From NCBI GenBank assembly GCA_014190055.1, contig BJFV01000001.1:1-62424 (forward strand): a DNA stretch of 62,424 nucleotides, read 5' to 3'. Below the pieces are notes generated by a model. It saw only the letters and a list, made by a program, of their open reading frames with translations, searched no databases and had not been told where the DNA came from. Shown here piece by piece: positions 33,050 to 42,604 of this stretch. This DNA is from Actinomycetes bacterium. Its GTDB lineage: Bacteria > Actinomycetota > Acidimicrobiia > Acidimicrobiales > Ilumatobacteraceae. Position numbers and translations under genes: made by a program. Position 1 is the first letter of the stretch. The number at the start of each line of letters is the position of its first letter.

Positions 33050-34149
33050 TATTTTGCTTCCATCCGCGATACAAATTCGCCAAACAGATATCGACTGTCG
33101 TGCGGTCCTGGGCCCGCCTCGGGGTGATATTGCACGCTAAAAGCATTCGCGCCGAGAACTCGCATGCCCTCATTTGTATTGTCGTTCAAATTGACGTGAG
33201 TAACCTCAGCCTTGCCCGCCAAAGAATCTGCATCAACACAGAAATTGTGGTTCTGACTGGTGATCTCAACTGATTTAGTCGCGAGATTACGCACCGGGTG
33301 ATTTGCACCATGATGTCCGAATGGCAACTTGAAAGTCTTGCCACCGAGGGCAAGAGCCATCAACTGGTGCCCGAGACAAATGCCGAACATCGGCACCCCT
33401 GTGCCGAATAACTCGCGAATCGTTGCTGGTGCACCGTGCACCATTTCAGGATCACCCGGCCCGTTCGAAAGAAAAATACCGTCTGGTGACAAAGCCATTA
33501 CTTCAGCGGCCGAAGTCGACGCGGGCACTACATGCACTGTTGCAAACTCTGCCAAACAATTCAGAATTGTTGTCTTGATACCAAAGTCAAAGGCAACAAC
33601 TTTAAATTTTCCCGCACCGTGAACATAACTCTTTGTCGTGGTTACTTGGGCAATCAGGTTTCGGCCGGCTGTTCCTTTTTCTTTGGCTGCCGCCTGACGC
33701 AGTTCTGATTCACTCGCAGTGCCGAACGCTCCAGGCATTGCACCAGAGTCGCGCAAAACACGAGTGAGTCGTCGCGTATCGATACCTGCGATACCTGATA
33801 TGTCGTGACGTTTTAGAAACGAGTCAAGAGAATCATCGCTTCGCCAGTTGCTGCGTCTTCGAGCGAGCTCACGAACGATTACTCCGCGCGCGAAAATTTT
33901 AGAAGATTCACTATCGGCCGCACTTGTGCCGTAATTGCCAATATGCGGTGTCGTAAACGTGATGATCTGTCCCGCATACGAAGGATCAGTCAAGATTTCT
34001 TGGTAACCCGAAAGACCAGTATGAAATACAACTTCTCCACGAGCGATTACTGGCGCTGAGATCTCTGAACTGTTGGCGCCAATCGCTTCGCCCTCAAAAA
34101 CCGAACCATCTTGCAGCACCAGTAATGCGGGTCGAATGTTTCGTGTCAT
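33049..34149 (-). CDS. carA: Carbamoyl-phosphate synthase small subunit
   Basis: 366 aa, with a class-I glutamine amidotransferase triad region (GICLGHQL). Confidence 0.96.
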   Translation of the reverse strand: MTRNIRPALLVLQDGSVFEGEAIGANSSEISAPVIARGEVVFHTGLSGYQEILTDPSYAGQIITFTTPHIGNYGTSAADSESSKIFARGVIVRELARRRSNWRSDDSLDSFLKRHDISGIAGIDTRRLTRVLRDSGAMPGAFGTASESELRQAAAKEKGTAGRNLIAQVTTTKSYVHGAGKFKVVAFDFGIKTTILNCLAEFATVHVVPASTSAAEVMALSPDGIFLSNGPGDPEMVHGAPATIRELFGTGVPMFGICLGHQLMALALGGKTFKLPFGHHGANHPVRNLATKSVEITSQNHNFCVDADSLAGKAEVTHVNLNDNTNEGMRVLGANAFSVQYHPEAGPGPHDSRYLFGEFVSRMEAK

Positions 34150-35426
34150 TTTTGTGCTTGACCATCAATCACAGTTGCTGTTCCTTTAAACATTGTGTGT
34201 CTCACTCGACCTCGAAGCGTGCGACCAACATATGGGGTGTTAATACTTTTGCTGGCAAGTCGCTCGGGGTCAACGCTCCAAGTTAGTTGAGGATCAAACA
34301 CACAAAGGTTCGCTTTAATACCCGCAACAACATCTCTTCCGTGCTCTGCGTCGATTCGCGCAATTTTTGCTGGGTTCCAACTCATCAACGCGACAACATC
34401 TCGAATCTCACACCCGCCTTCAGCCAGAACAACACCCAAAGCGGTTTCAAGACCCAACATTCCAGGCGGTGCCATGTCGAGCGACATCTCTTTGTCTCGA
34501 CGAGGATGCGGCGCATGATCAGTTGCAATTGCATCAATAGTGCCATCTAACAAACCGGCCTTCAGGGCTCGAATATCTTCGATCGATCTCAATGGTGGAT
34601 TTACTTTGAAAACAGGGTTGTAACTCGACAACAGTTCTTGGGTTAATGACAAGTGGTGTGGCGTAACTTCTGCAGTAATCGCAAGACCATCACGCTTGGC
34701 TGCTCGCACTAGTTCAACACTTCGCTTCGTTGACAAGTGAAGAAAGTGCATCGAGGCACCAGTAATTCGCACCAGCTCAATATCGCGAAATACCATCAAC
34801 TCTTCAGCGATCGACGGCCAACCAGGCAGCCCCAAGTCGGTGCAACAGCTGCACTCGTTCATCACTGCACCTTTGGTAAGTTCTGCGACCTCACAATGTT
34901 GTGCGAGGGTTATGCCAAGCCCCTTTGCATACTCAAGTGCTCGACGCATAAGTGCAGCATCTTGCACACCGTTGCCATCATCGGTGAACAGCGTGACGCC
35001 CGCATTTGCCAACTCGGCCATTGGTGCCAGTGATTCACCCTGACGGCCAAGAGTTATACAGCCGCTGGGTACAACATCGACCAAACCAGCGCGCTTACCT
35101 TGCTCGCGTACAAAGTCAATTACTGCTACAGAATCTTGAGGCGGATCGGTGTTCGGCATAGCAACAAGTGCCGTATACCCACCTAATGCCCCAGCCCGAC
35201 TGCCAGTTTCAATCGTCTCGGCTTCTTCTTTGCCAGGTTCGCGCAAGTGCGCGTGCAGATCAACAAAGCCACTGCTGACAATGCATCCTGAGGCATCAAG
35301 TTGAATATCGCCTTTCAAATTTTTGCCAACTTCTACAACGCAATCGTTTTCGATTTTCACATCTGCAACTTCTTGCGAGCTTCGATTAATTACAGTGCCA
35401 CCCTTGATCACGATTGACTTGCTCAT
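34146..35426 (-). CDS. pyrC: Dihydroorotase
   Basis: 426 aa amidohydrolase, with the metal motif DLHAHLREPG. Confidence 0.95.
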   Translation of the reverse strand: MSKSIVIKGGTVINRSSQEVADVKIENDCVVEVGKNLKGDIQLDASGCIVSSGFVDLHAHLREPGKEEAETIETGSRAGALGGYTALVAMPNTDPPQDSVAVIDFVREQGKRAGLVDVVPSGCITLGRQGESLAPMAELANAGVTLFTDDGNGVQDAALMRRALEYAKGLGITLAQHCEVAELTKGAVMNECSCCTDLGLPGWPSIAEELMVFRDIELVRITGASMHFLHLSTKRSVELVRAAKRDGLAITAEVTPHHLSLTQELLSSYNPVFKVNPPLRSIEDIRALKAGLLDGTIDAIATDHAPHPRRDKEMSLDMAPPGMLGLETALGVVLAEGGCEIRDVVALMSWNPAKIARIDAEHGRDVVAGIKANLCVFDPQLTWSVDPERLASKSINTPYVGRTLRGRVRHTMFKGTATVIDGQAQK

Positions 35427-36358
35427 GCCTGACCCCCAAGACTTGAGCCACTGCCAAGCAACTCAAACAAAACCGCCATGCGCACGGATACACCGTTAGC
35501 AACTTGACGATGTATCAGAGAATTCTTCACGTCAGACGGATCAATCTGCATCTCGACACCGCGATTCATCGGGCCTGGATGCATGACGATCGCATCAGAC
35601 TTTAAAGCCAGAACTCTTTTTTGCGTCAAGCCGTATTGCTCGCTGTATTCACGAAGCGTGGGCACATGGCCCTGCGCCATGCGCTCGCTCTGCAAGCGCA
35701 ACATATAGAGCACATCAACTTTGTCGATGATCTCATCGAGCTTGTGCGAGACGCTTACGGGCCAATGCGACACATCAGGCGGCAACAAAGTTGGTGGCGC
35801 CACAAGCACGACGTTTGCCCCAAGCAAAGTGAAAGCCTGAATGTTGCTGCGCGCCACACGTGAGTGTTTGATGTCTCCGACTATCGCAATTTTCATCCCT
35901 GAAAAATTCTGTGCGTGAGTTGCTTCGCGAATGGTGTAACAGTCGACGAGCGCCTGAGTTGGATGCTGATGTGCGCCGTCACCGGCGTTGATTATTGATG
36001 CTGTTGTCCACTGGCTAATCTGCCACGGAATACCCACCGACTTGTGCCGAACAACAAACGCATCAACTCCCATGTCGGTGATCGTCGCTACGGTGTCGCG
36101 CAGCGATTCGCCTTTGTTGACGCTAGAAGTTGAAACGTTGAAGGTCATCGTGTCGGCTGAAAGTCGCTTGGCTGCAGTTTCAAAACTTAAACGGGTGCGC
36201 GTTGAATCTTCAAAAAATAAACTCGCAACAGTGCGCCCTCGAAGCGCCGGAACTTTTGGCACTGGTCGCTGATTGATCTCAGCCATATGATCTGTCAACT
36301 GCAACAGACCAGTCAGACCGTCAAGGCCAAGTTCGTCGATTGATCGCAAGTGTTTCAT
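35423..36358 (-). CDS. pyrB: Aspartate carbamoyltransferase catalytic subunit
   Basis: 311 aa, with STRTR, HPTQ and HPGP motifs. Confidence 0.96.
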   Translation of the reverse strand: MKHLRSIDELGLDGLTGLLQLTDHMAEINQRPVPKVPALRGRTVASLFFEDSTRTRLSFETAAKRLSADTMTFNVSTSSVNKGESLRDTVATITDMGVDAFVVRHKSVGIPWQISQWTTASIINAGDGAHQHPTQALVDCYTIREATHAQNFSGMKIAIVGDIKHSRVARSNIQAFTLLGANVVLVAPPTLLPPDVSHWPVSVSHKLDEIIDKVDVLYMLRLQSERMAQGHVPTLREYSEQYGLTQKRVLALKSDAIVMHPGPMNRGVEMQIDPSDVKNSLIHRQVANGVSVRMAVLFELLGSGSSLGGQA

Positions 36359-36906
36359 GGCTTGCCCTCCGGGTTCGGCGTAACAAACACACCGTCATGC
36401 GTTGCCGAAACTTCGTCGCCTCGATGCGTTGGCAAATTTTTGCCAACAAAGTCTGGGCGTATTGGCAATTCGCGATGTCCTCGGTCAACTAAAACTGCGA
36501 GCTGAACTGCACGTGGTCGACCGTAATTGTTTAAGCCTTCCATCGCCGCTCTTACAGTGCGACCCGTATAAAGAACATCATCGACGACAACTACTGTCGC
36601 ACCCGACAAATCAAACGGAATATTGCTTATTGCACCAAGCGAAACTGGTCGCATTCCTATGTCGTCACGGTGCAGGCTGACATCGAGGGCGCCGACGGGC
36701 ACCTTGACTTCTTTTTCAATGTTGTTGATCTGCGCGGCGATTTCTTCAGCGATCCAGGTACCACCTCGCTGCAATCCAACTATCGCCAAACCATCAACAC
36801 CATGGTTTCGTTCGACAATCTCATGGGCGATTCGCACAATCGCGCGGCGCACATCGGCCGCAGTCATCGCCTCACGCGACGAACTAGAACTCACAGACTT
36901 GCTCAC
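36355..36906 (-). CDS. pyrR: Bifunctional pyr operon regulator / uracil phosphoribosyltransferase
   Basis: 183 aa with a PRTase fold (VVVVDDVLYTGRT). It is the first gene of the pyr cluster. Confidence 0.93.
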   Translation of the reverse strand: MSKSVSSSSSREAMTAADVRRAIVRIAHEIVERNHGVDGLAIVGLQRGGTWIAEEIAAQINNIEKEVKVPVGALDVSLHRDDIGMRPVSLGAISNIPFDLSGATVVVVDDVLYTGRTVRAAMEGLNNYGRPRAVQLAVLVDRGHRELPIRPDFVGKNLPTHRGDEVSATHDGVFVTPNPEGKP

Positions 36907-36923
36907 TATTGCTCCTCCGTTCG

Positions 36924-36937
36924 AGCCTCACAGGACT
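36924..36937 (-). promoter_or_regulatory. Candidate PyrR-binding RNA loop in the pyrR leader
   Basis: Minus sense reads AGUCCUGUGAGGCU, which resembles the PyrR binding-loop consensus (RGUCCAGAGAGGYU) recalled from the literature. It lies 6 nt upstream of the GGAGGAG Shine-Dalgarno of pyrR. Confidence 0.5.
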
Positions 36938-37002
36938 CATTTGACGGTGAATTGTTTTCTAAACTTCGTGTGTCAATATAGCAGCACTGACGCGAGCAGT
37001 CG

Positions 37003-38355
37003 TCATTTCGCTTTTCGCTGAAACACCACCCACCACGAATTGGCATAGGCGATTTCAAAATCGGACGCCACCGACGACCAAACCTCCTGCATCTGATCAT
37101 CCATATTTGTGGGTAAAACTACAAATTCGATCTCATCAACAAATGGCAAAACGTCACCGGCCGCGAAAGCATCAAGACCATATAGCGCCCGCTTGAACGG
37201 CACAGGAAACGCATAAATTCTCTCGCGTCGCGCCAACTGAGCAGTCAAGGGGTGGTAAGCACTTACGATCGCCGACTCTGGCACCTTGCTAAGTGCCTCT
37301 TGTGCAGCAATCACCATTGGATGATTACTTCCGTTGTATTTGAGTTCGGTACGAGCACCTGGCAATGGTGACCACATGAACGCCGAAAAAAGGCTTGAAA
37401 CCAAACAAGCTCCAACCAACCACCGACGAAACTTTTGTGGGAGGCGACCAATTGCATAAACCGTGCCAAAAACAAGTACGGGCACAACGATGAATGAATA
37501 GTGATATTCGACGTGAAATTGATACCAAAAAGTGCTCAAAATGTTTAGGCCGATAACAAAAATCGATATCGCCGCCACTTCGGGAAACGCAAAAAATATA
37601 AACGCAAAAGGCAACATCATCTGTAACAAATAAAACGGCCGCGATTCAGACAATAGGTGCGCTACAAGTTTTGTGGGCTCAGAAAGCGATGTCTTCAGCA
37701 AACCTCCTACGCCGCCAAACGGAATTCGCCAACTATTTCTGAACGGAACGCCGTTGATTCCTTTTTGAATTCCAAATATTGCCACGATCATGTACCACAG
37801 CGATACCCCTGCTGTTGTTAAGCCAACTTTTCGACTCTTTCTAAATGCGAGCCAGATGCCGAGTGGAATTATCACTAAGGCAACATCTTCTTTGACGCTA
37901 AGACTCAATACGAGCGCAACGAACAGCAATCGCCATCGCTGCTCGAGTGCGGCATAAAGAGCGACGCCTATAAACAAACCCAAAAACGAGTCTGGATGAA
38001 AGTTCTCGATGCCAATCCAAACAGTCGCAGGATGAATTAAATAGACGAGTGCAAAAACGCTCGCCGCGATTTCACTTTCGAGTCGCCTGCGCGTATAAAG
38101 AAAAACAGGTATCGCTCCGGCCGCAATCGCAATTGATTGAACAATGAACAGAAACGAACTTGAACCAACAAGCCAGTAGAAAGGCACCAACAAGATCAAG
38201 ATGAAACTCGTATGATCGCCAAACAAATTTCGCCCCATCAGCGTCACAAACGGGCTTTCAAATCTTGACAAGAGCCAAATTCCTTGGTCGTAGAGTCCGA
38301 AGTCGTAAGCCGAGGTGTTTAGACCCCGATGCAGCTCAACGCTTATCGCGGCCAA
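37003..38355 (-). CDS. Polytopic membrane protein (DUF2079-like, from memory); the true start is probably upstream of 38355
   Basis: 450-aa ORF from TTG 38355 with many predicted TM helices and the motif YDFGLYDQGIW...GDHTSFILILLVP. The frame stays open upstream to TAA 38490..38488 and encodes ..KKFLSNLRFRASQITVWQTATGSAIALLFVY before the TTG. Confidence 0.8.
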   Translation of the reverse strand: MAAISVELHRGLNTSAYDFGLYDQGIWLLSRFESPFVTLMGRNLFGDHTSFILILLVPFYWLVGSSSFLFIVQSIAIAAGAIPVFLYTRRRLESEIAASVFALVYLIHPATVWIGIENFHPDSFLGLFIGVALYAALEQRWRLLFVALVLSLSVKEDVALVIIPLGIWLAFRKSRKVGLTTAGVSLWYMIVAIFGIQKGINGVPFRNSWRIPFGGVGGLLKTSLSEPTKLVAHLLSESRPFYLLQMMLPFAFIFFAFPEVAAISIFVIGLNILSTFWYQFHVEYHYSFIVVPVLVFGTVYAIGRLPQKFRRWLVGACLVSSLFSAFMWSPLPGARTELKYNGSNHPMVIAAQEALSKVPESAIVSAYHPLTAQLARRERIYAFPVPFKRALYGLDAFAAGDVLPFVDEIEFVVLPTNMDDQMQEVWSSVASDFEIAYANSWWVVFQRKAK

Positions 38356-38471
38356 ATAGACGAAAAGCAGAGCAATCGCCGAACCCGTCGCAGTTTGCCA
38401 AACCGTAATCTGCGAGGCACGAAACCGAAGGTTGCTTAAAAACTTTTTCGTATCCCCAACCTTTTCAACCC

Positions 38472-38894
38472 TTAGATGCGCACCTGTTTAGCAATAGCCG
38501 AAAGAACACCGTTCACATATTTACTAGATTCTTCTGTCGAAAATCTCTTGGCAAGTTCGACTGCCTCGTTGATCACAACAGCGACTGGCACGTCATGTCT
38601 TTCTAGCAATTCATAAATCGCAAGTCGTAGAATGTTGCGGTCAACTGCTGGTATCCGTTGAATCGTCCAAGTATGAGAAAATTCTGAGATCAATTCGTCG
38701 GTCTCTTGCCGCTTAGATTCTGTGCCCTTTGCCAGCAATATCACTAAATCGTCGACACCGAGTATTTGAGCGTTTATGACTTCTTCAACTTTGATGTTGC
38801 GTGACTCTGCTTCATACAGAAAGTGAACTGCACGTTCACGAGCCGTACTTCGTTCGTCGTCCCCGACTTTGGCCTTACGGGGTGAAGACATCAA
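38472..38894 (-). CDS. nusB: Transcription antitermination factor NusB
   Basis: 140 aa in the conserved position after efp, with a 4-nt overlap. Confidence 0.92.
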   Translation of the reverse strand: MMSSPRKAKVGDDERSTARERAVHFLYEAESRNIKVEEVINAQILGVDDLVILLAKGTESKRQETDELISEFSHTWTIQRIPAVDRNILRLAIYELLERHDVPVAVVINEAVELAKRFSTEESSKYVNGVLSAIAKQVRI

Positions 38895-39454
38895 ACTCTC
38901 GTTATGTATTCGCCTGAGCGTGTATCAACTTTGACCCGATCACCAATATTGACGAACAAAGGCACCTGAATCACTTTGCCTGTTTCGAGAGTTGCAGGCT
39001 TTCGTGCACCCGAAACGCGATCACCCTGAATACCAGGCTCGGTTTCGGCAATATTGAGTTCGACCGTCACAGCAATTTCAACGCTGACTATCTCATCTTT
39101 GTATTGAGCGATGATCGCCTTGGCGCCTTCAACCAGAAAATCGGATGCATCACCTAATGCTCGCGGCGAAATATTGATCTGTTCATATGACTCAGTATCC
39201 ATGAACACAAAATCATCACCCTCTTTGTATAAAAACTGCATATCTGCACGGTCGAGAATCGCCTGTTCGACTCGAACACCAGCGTTGAAAGTTCGCTCAA
39301 GAATATTGCCCGTTCGCAAATTGCGAAGCTTCGTGCGCACAAACGCGCCGCCCTTGCCGGGCTTTACGTGCTGAAAGTCGACAACAGTGAAAAGACCATT
39401 ATCAATTTCTAGTGTGATGCCGTTCTTTAGGTCGTTGGTTGTAATTGCAGGCAC
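38891..39454 (-). CDS. efp: Elongation factor P
   Basis: 187 aa, with MPAITTNDLKNG... and KPGKGGAFVRTKL. Confidence 0.97.
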   Translation of the reverse strand: MPAITTNDLKNGITLEIDNGLFTVVDFQHVKPGKGGAFVRTKLRNLRTGNILERTFNAGVRVEQAILDRADMQFLYKEGDDFVFMDTESYEQINISPRALGDASDFLVEGAKAIIAQYKDEIVSVEIAVTVELNIAETEPGIQGDRVSGARKPATLETGKVIQVPLFVNIGDRVKVDTRSGEYITRV

Positions 39455-40578
39455 TGTCGATCCTTTTTGCTTGATGTAAGTACTCGGCAGCCTGACTGCG
39501 TAACGACGACTAAGTCTTCAATTCGCACGCCACCGAGCCCTTCACGATAGACGCCAGGTTCAACGGTTACTACTTCACCAACTTCTAGTGGTTCTGCAAA
39601 GCCAGTTCGGACCCAAGGCATCTCATGAATTTGCAAACCCACGCCATGGCCCGTGCTGTGTGTGAATTCAGATGCAAAACCAGCTTCGGCAATGTAATCA
39701 CGACAAGTCTTGTCTACGTCTTGGGCCAAAACACCAGCCTTCACCGCGGCAAGACCGAGTAATTGCGACTGACTAACTACTTCGTGCATCTCACTTAAAA
39801 CCGGATCAACATCGCCGATGAGAAATGTTCGCGTCATATCCGAGTGATAGCCGTCAACGAGACCACCGACGTCGATGACAACACTGTCTCCAGTTTCAAT
39901 TCGCCGACTAACTGGTCGATGATGCGGGCGCGCAGCGTTGGGACCGCTCGCCACGATCGTGTCGTAGCTTGTAAATTCGGCACCATGTCGACGCATTCGA
40001 TAGTCGAGTTCGTCACGAATATCGCGCTCAGTTAAACCTTGCGAGAGCATCGGCACGACCTCAGCCATTGCAAAGTCAGTAGCCAAAGCCGCTAGTTGCA
40101 TTCGCTCAATTTCGGGTTCGGTTTTTCGGCGTCGCAATTTGGGCACGATCGGTGCAATTTTGCGTAATTCGCTCGACAATTGGTCGGTCATATTTTCTAG
40201 TTGACTGACCGTCAATTCAGCAGAATCGAAGTGAACGATCTTGATCGACTTTGTTGCGTTGGCCAAAGCCTCGCGCAGTGCAACAGCGCTTCGCCCCTCA
40301 ATAACTTCACAGTTAGAGCCAGAGTTTTTAATCTGTTCGCGAGCCTGATCTCCATAACGACCATCAACCACTAGAACCATGTCATCGGGTCGCACTATTA
40401 ATGTGCCAGCAGAACCGGTAAATCCGGTAAGCCAACGTATGTTGTTGAGGTCGACGACTAGCAGCGCACTATCGATGCTTGCGCCTACGCGTTGCATCTC
40501 TGCACGAACTAATTTGTCACGACCGTTTACTACGAGTGGTGACAATTTTTTGGCAGCGTCAAGTGATGCGATGTTCAT
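39427..40578 (-). CDS. Xaa-Pro aminopeptidase/dipeptidase (M24 family)
   Basis: 383 aa with the pita-bread fold motif HSTGHGVGLQIHE. Its 3' end overlaps the efp start by 28 nt. Confidence 0.9.
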   Translation of the reverse strand: MNIASLDAAKKLSPLVVNGRDKLVRAEMQRVGASIDSALLVVDLNNIRWLTGFTGSAGTLIVRPDDMVLVVDGRYGDQAREQIKNSGSNCEVIEGRSAVALREALANATKSIKIVHFDSAELTVSQLENMTDQLSSELRKIAPIVPKLRRRKTEPEIERMQLAALATDFAMAEVVPMLSQGLTERDIRDELDYRMRRHGAEFTSYDTIVASGPNAARPHHRPVSRRIETGDSVVIDVGGLVDGYHSDMTRTFLIGDVDPVLSEMHEVVSQSQLLGLAAVKAGVLAQDVDKTCRDYIAEAGFASEFTHSTGHGVGLQIHEMPWVRTGFAEPLEVGEVVTVEPGVYREGLGGVRIEDLVVVTQSGCRVLTSSKKDRQCLQLQPTT

Positions 40579-40582
40579 AAAG

Positions 40583-41041
40583 CTATTTCTTTTTGGCTAA
40601 CAAAGTTGCGACAGCATGTACGGCAAACACATAAGAGTCTGCCCCAAAGCCAGCAATTGAACCAGACGCAACTGGTGCAACGACACTCTCGTGACGCCAT
40701 GATTCACGAGTAGCCGGGTTCGAGAGGTGTACCTCAACTATCGGGCCCGCAAAACTCGCCAGGGCATCGTGCAAACTCCACGCGAAGTGCGTCAACGCCC
40801 CCGGATTAATAATGATCGCCGCGCATCTGCCGCGTGCCGAGTGAATCGCCTCAACTATTTCAGCGACACCTTGGGCACTGACTGTCTCAATCTGCAGACC
40901 CAACTGTGCCGCTGTCTCTCCGACTCGCCGCATGTGGTCTTGAAGAGAATCAGTGCCATAGATTTCTGGCTGACGTTGGCCCAAGAGGTTCAAATTTGGC
41001 CCGCTAAGCACCAGAACTGTTTGCAAGTTTGACTTAGCCAT
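40583..41041 (-). CDS. aroQ: 3-dehydroquinate dehydratase, type II
   Basis: 152 aa, containing VLSGPNLNLLGQRQPEIYG. Confidence 0.95.
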   Translation of the reverse strand: MAKSNLQTVLVLSGPNLNLLGQRQPEIYGTDSLQDHMRRVGETAAQLGLQIETVSAQGVAEIVEAIHSARGRCAAIIINPGALTHFAWSLHDALASFAGPIVEVHLSNPATRESWRHESVVAPVASGSIAGFGADSYVFAVHAVATLLAKKK

Positions 41042-41051
41042 GACTAACAGA

Positions 41052-42074
41052 TTACTTCTCGATCAGTTGCATTGCATCGAAAGCTTGTGACAAATGGGCT
41101 TCAGTAACACCCGCAACAACTTCGATGCCCGATGGTCCGTCCAATACAAAAGTCAACCCAGAGATCGCTTTTTTATCATGCTTCATCAAATTAATCAGCG
41201 CATGACGGTCAATTTTTTCATCTGGCTTAACTTTCAGGCCATAAGTTTGACCAATCACTCGATAATGCTCATCAACTCGTGCTTGGTCTATTCGTTGCAT
41301 CGCGTGCGCAACATGAGCAGCAAAGATCATTCCGACGGCGACTGCCTCACCATGAGCCAGCGAAAAATTACTAGATCGCTCAAGCGCGTGCGCCAACGTA
41401 TGGCCATAGTTGAGAAGTGCGCGACTTCCGCTCTCGCGCTCGTCGGCTGCAACAATTTTTGCCTTTATCTCAACACATCTCGCAATTCGCTCAGGCATTT
41501 CGAGAGCGAGAAGATCATCGCCCGTTAGAAAGTGGTACTTGGCGACTTCACCCAACCCACAGCGCATCTCACGTTGTGGCAAAGTCTTGAGCGCATCAAG
41601 ATCGCAGAGCACCCCACTTGGTTGCCAAAAAGCACCCACTAAATTCTTGCCTTGCGCAATATTCACACCCGTTTTTCCGCCGATCGCTGCGTCGACCATG
41701 CCAACTAGCGAGGTCGCTACGTGCACCACCGGTGTGCCGCGGTGCCAACTCGCTGCGGCAAAACCTGCGATATCAGTGACCATGCCGCCACCGACTCCGA
41801 CAACAACATCGTTTCTCGTTAGGCCAAATTCAGCAAATTTTTGTGAGAGCATCTCAATTGTCTGCAAATTTTTGTGTTCTTCACCGTCGCCGATCACCAC
41901 TGTTGTACTTGGAATTTTTAATTCAGGTTGAAGCACAATATTGTTCTGCGTAATCACCACTGCCCGCTTGGCTGACTTTGGCAACAACTCTTCAAGTTGG
42001 TTTATCACGCCATGACCAACCAAAACTGAATAAGAGCGATCACCTAGCGCGACGTCGACTCTGTGATTTGTCAC
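41052..42074 (-). CDS. aroB: 3-dehydroquinate synthase
   Basis: The ORF track starts at 42107. I prefer GTG 42074, which has AGGAGA 6 nt upstream and forms a GTGA overlap with the aroK stop. Confidence 0.93.
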   Translation of the reverse strand: MTNHRVDVALGDRSYSVLVGHGVINQLEELLPKSAKRAVVITQNNIVLQPELKIPSTTVVIGDGEEHKNLQTIEMLSQKFAEFGLTRNDVVVGVGGGMVTDIAGFAAASWHRGTPVVHVATSLVGMVDAAIGGKTGVNIAQGKNLVGAFWQPSGVLCDLDALKTLPQREMRCGLGEVAKYHFLTGDDLLALEMPERIARCVEIKAKIVAADERESGSRALLNYGHTLAHALERSSNFSLAHGEAVAVGMIFAAHVAHAMQRIDQARVDEHYRVIGQTYGLKVKPDEKIDRHALINLMKHDKKAISGLTFVLDGPSGIEVVAGVTEAHLSQAFDAMQLIEK

Positions 42075-42604
42075 TTGTGTTCTCCTGACATGGCAGAAAG
42101 TCCGCACTGCTCAATCACTTTTTCAACAACTTGATTGACGCTCAAAGACTGCGTGGCAACTTTATGTGTGGCAATCTGCTGATAAAAACTCTCGCGGTCA
42201 GATCGCATTCGGTCCAGGGTTCCGACTGGGTCACCGTCTAAAAGTGGGCGGTGTTTGGCTCGCCCTGTTCGGCCAACCAACGTTGACGTTGGTGCGTCTA
42301 GCCAAACAACACAGCGTGCGCGTTCGGCAAGCAACTCTCGATTCTTCTCAGACACCACGGCTCCACCTGCGACAGCCAAAACCATCGGTTCATCTTTCGC
42401 GCAGGCTTCGATAAGTGCTTCAGTTTCAAGACGACGAAACTCGGGCTCACCTTTTTCTTTAAAAATCTCGCGCACCGAGAGCTTGGCGCGTTTCTCAATC
42501 AACTCATCAGAATCGGCAAAACTGAGATTCAATTTTTTGGCAAGTTCTCGACCAACAGTCGTCTTGCCAGAACCCATTAACCCCACAAGTACGATCAAAT
42601 TCAA
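42071..42604 (-). CDS. aroK: Shikimate kinase
   Basis: 177 aa, P-loop GLMGSGKTT. Confidence 0.95.
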   Translation of the reverse strand: MNLIVLVGLMGSGKTTVGRELAKKLNLSFADSDELIEKRAKLSVREIFKEKGEPEFRRLETEALIEACAKDEPMVLAVAGGAVVSEKNRELLAERARCVVWLDAPTSTLVGRTGRAKHRPLLDGDPVGTLDRMRSDRESFYQQIATHKVATQSLSVNQVVEKVIEQCGLSAMSGEHK

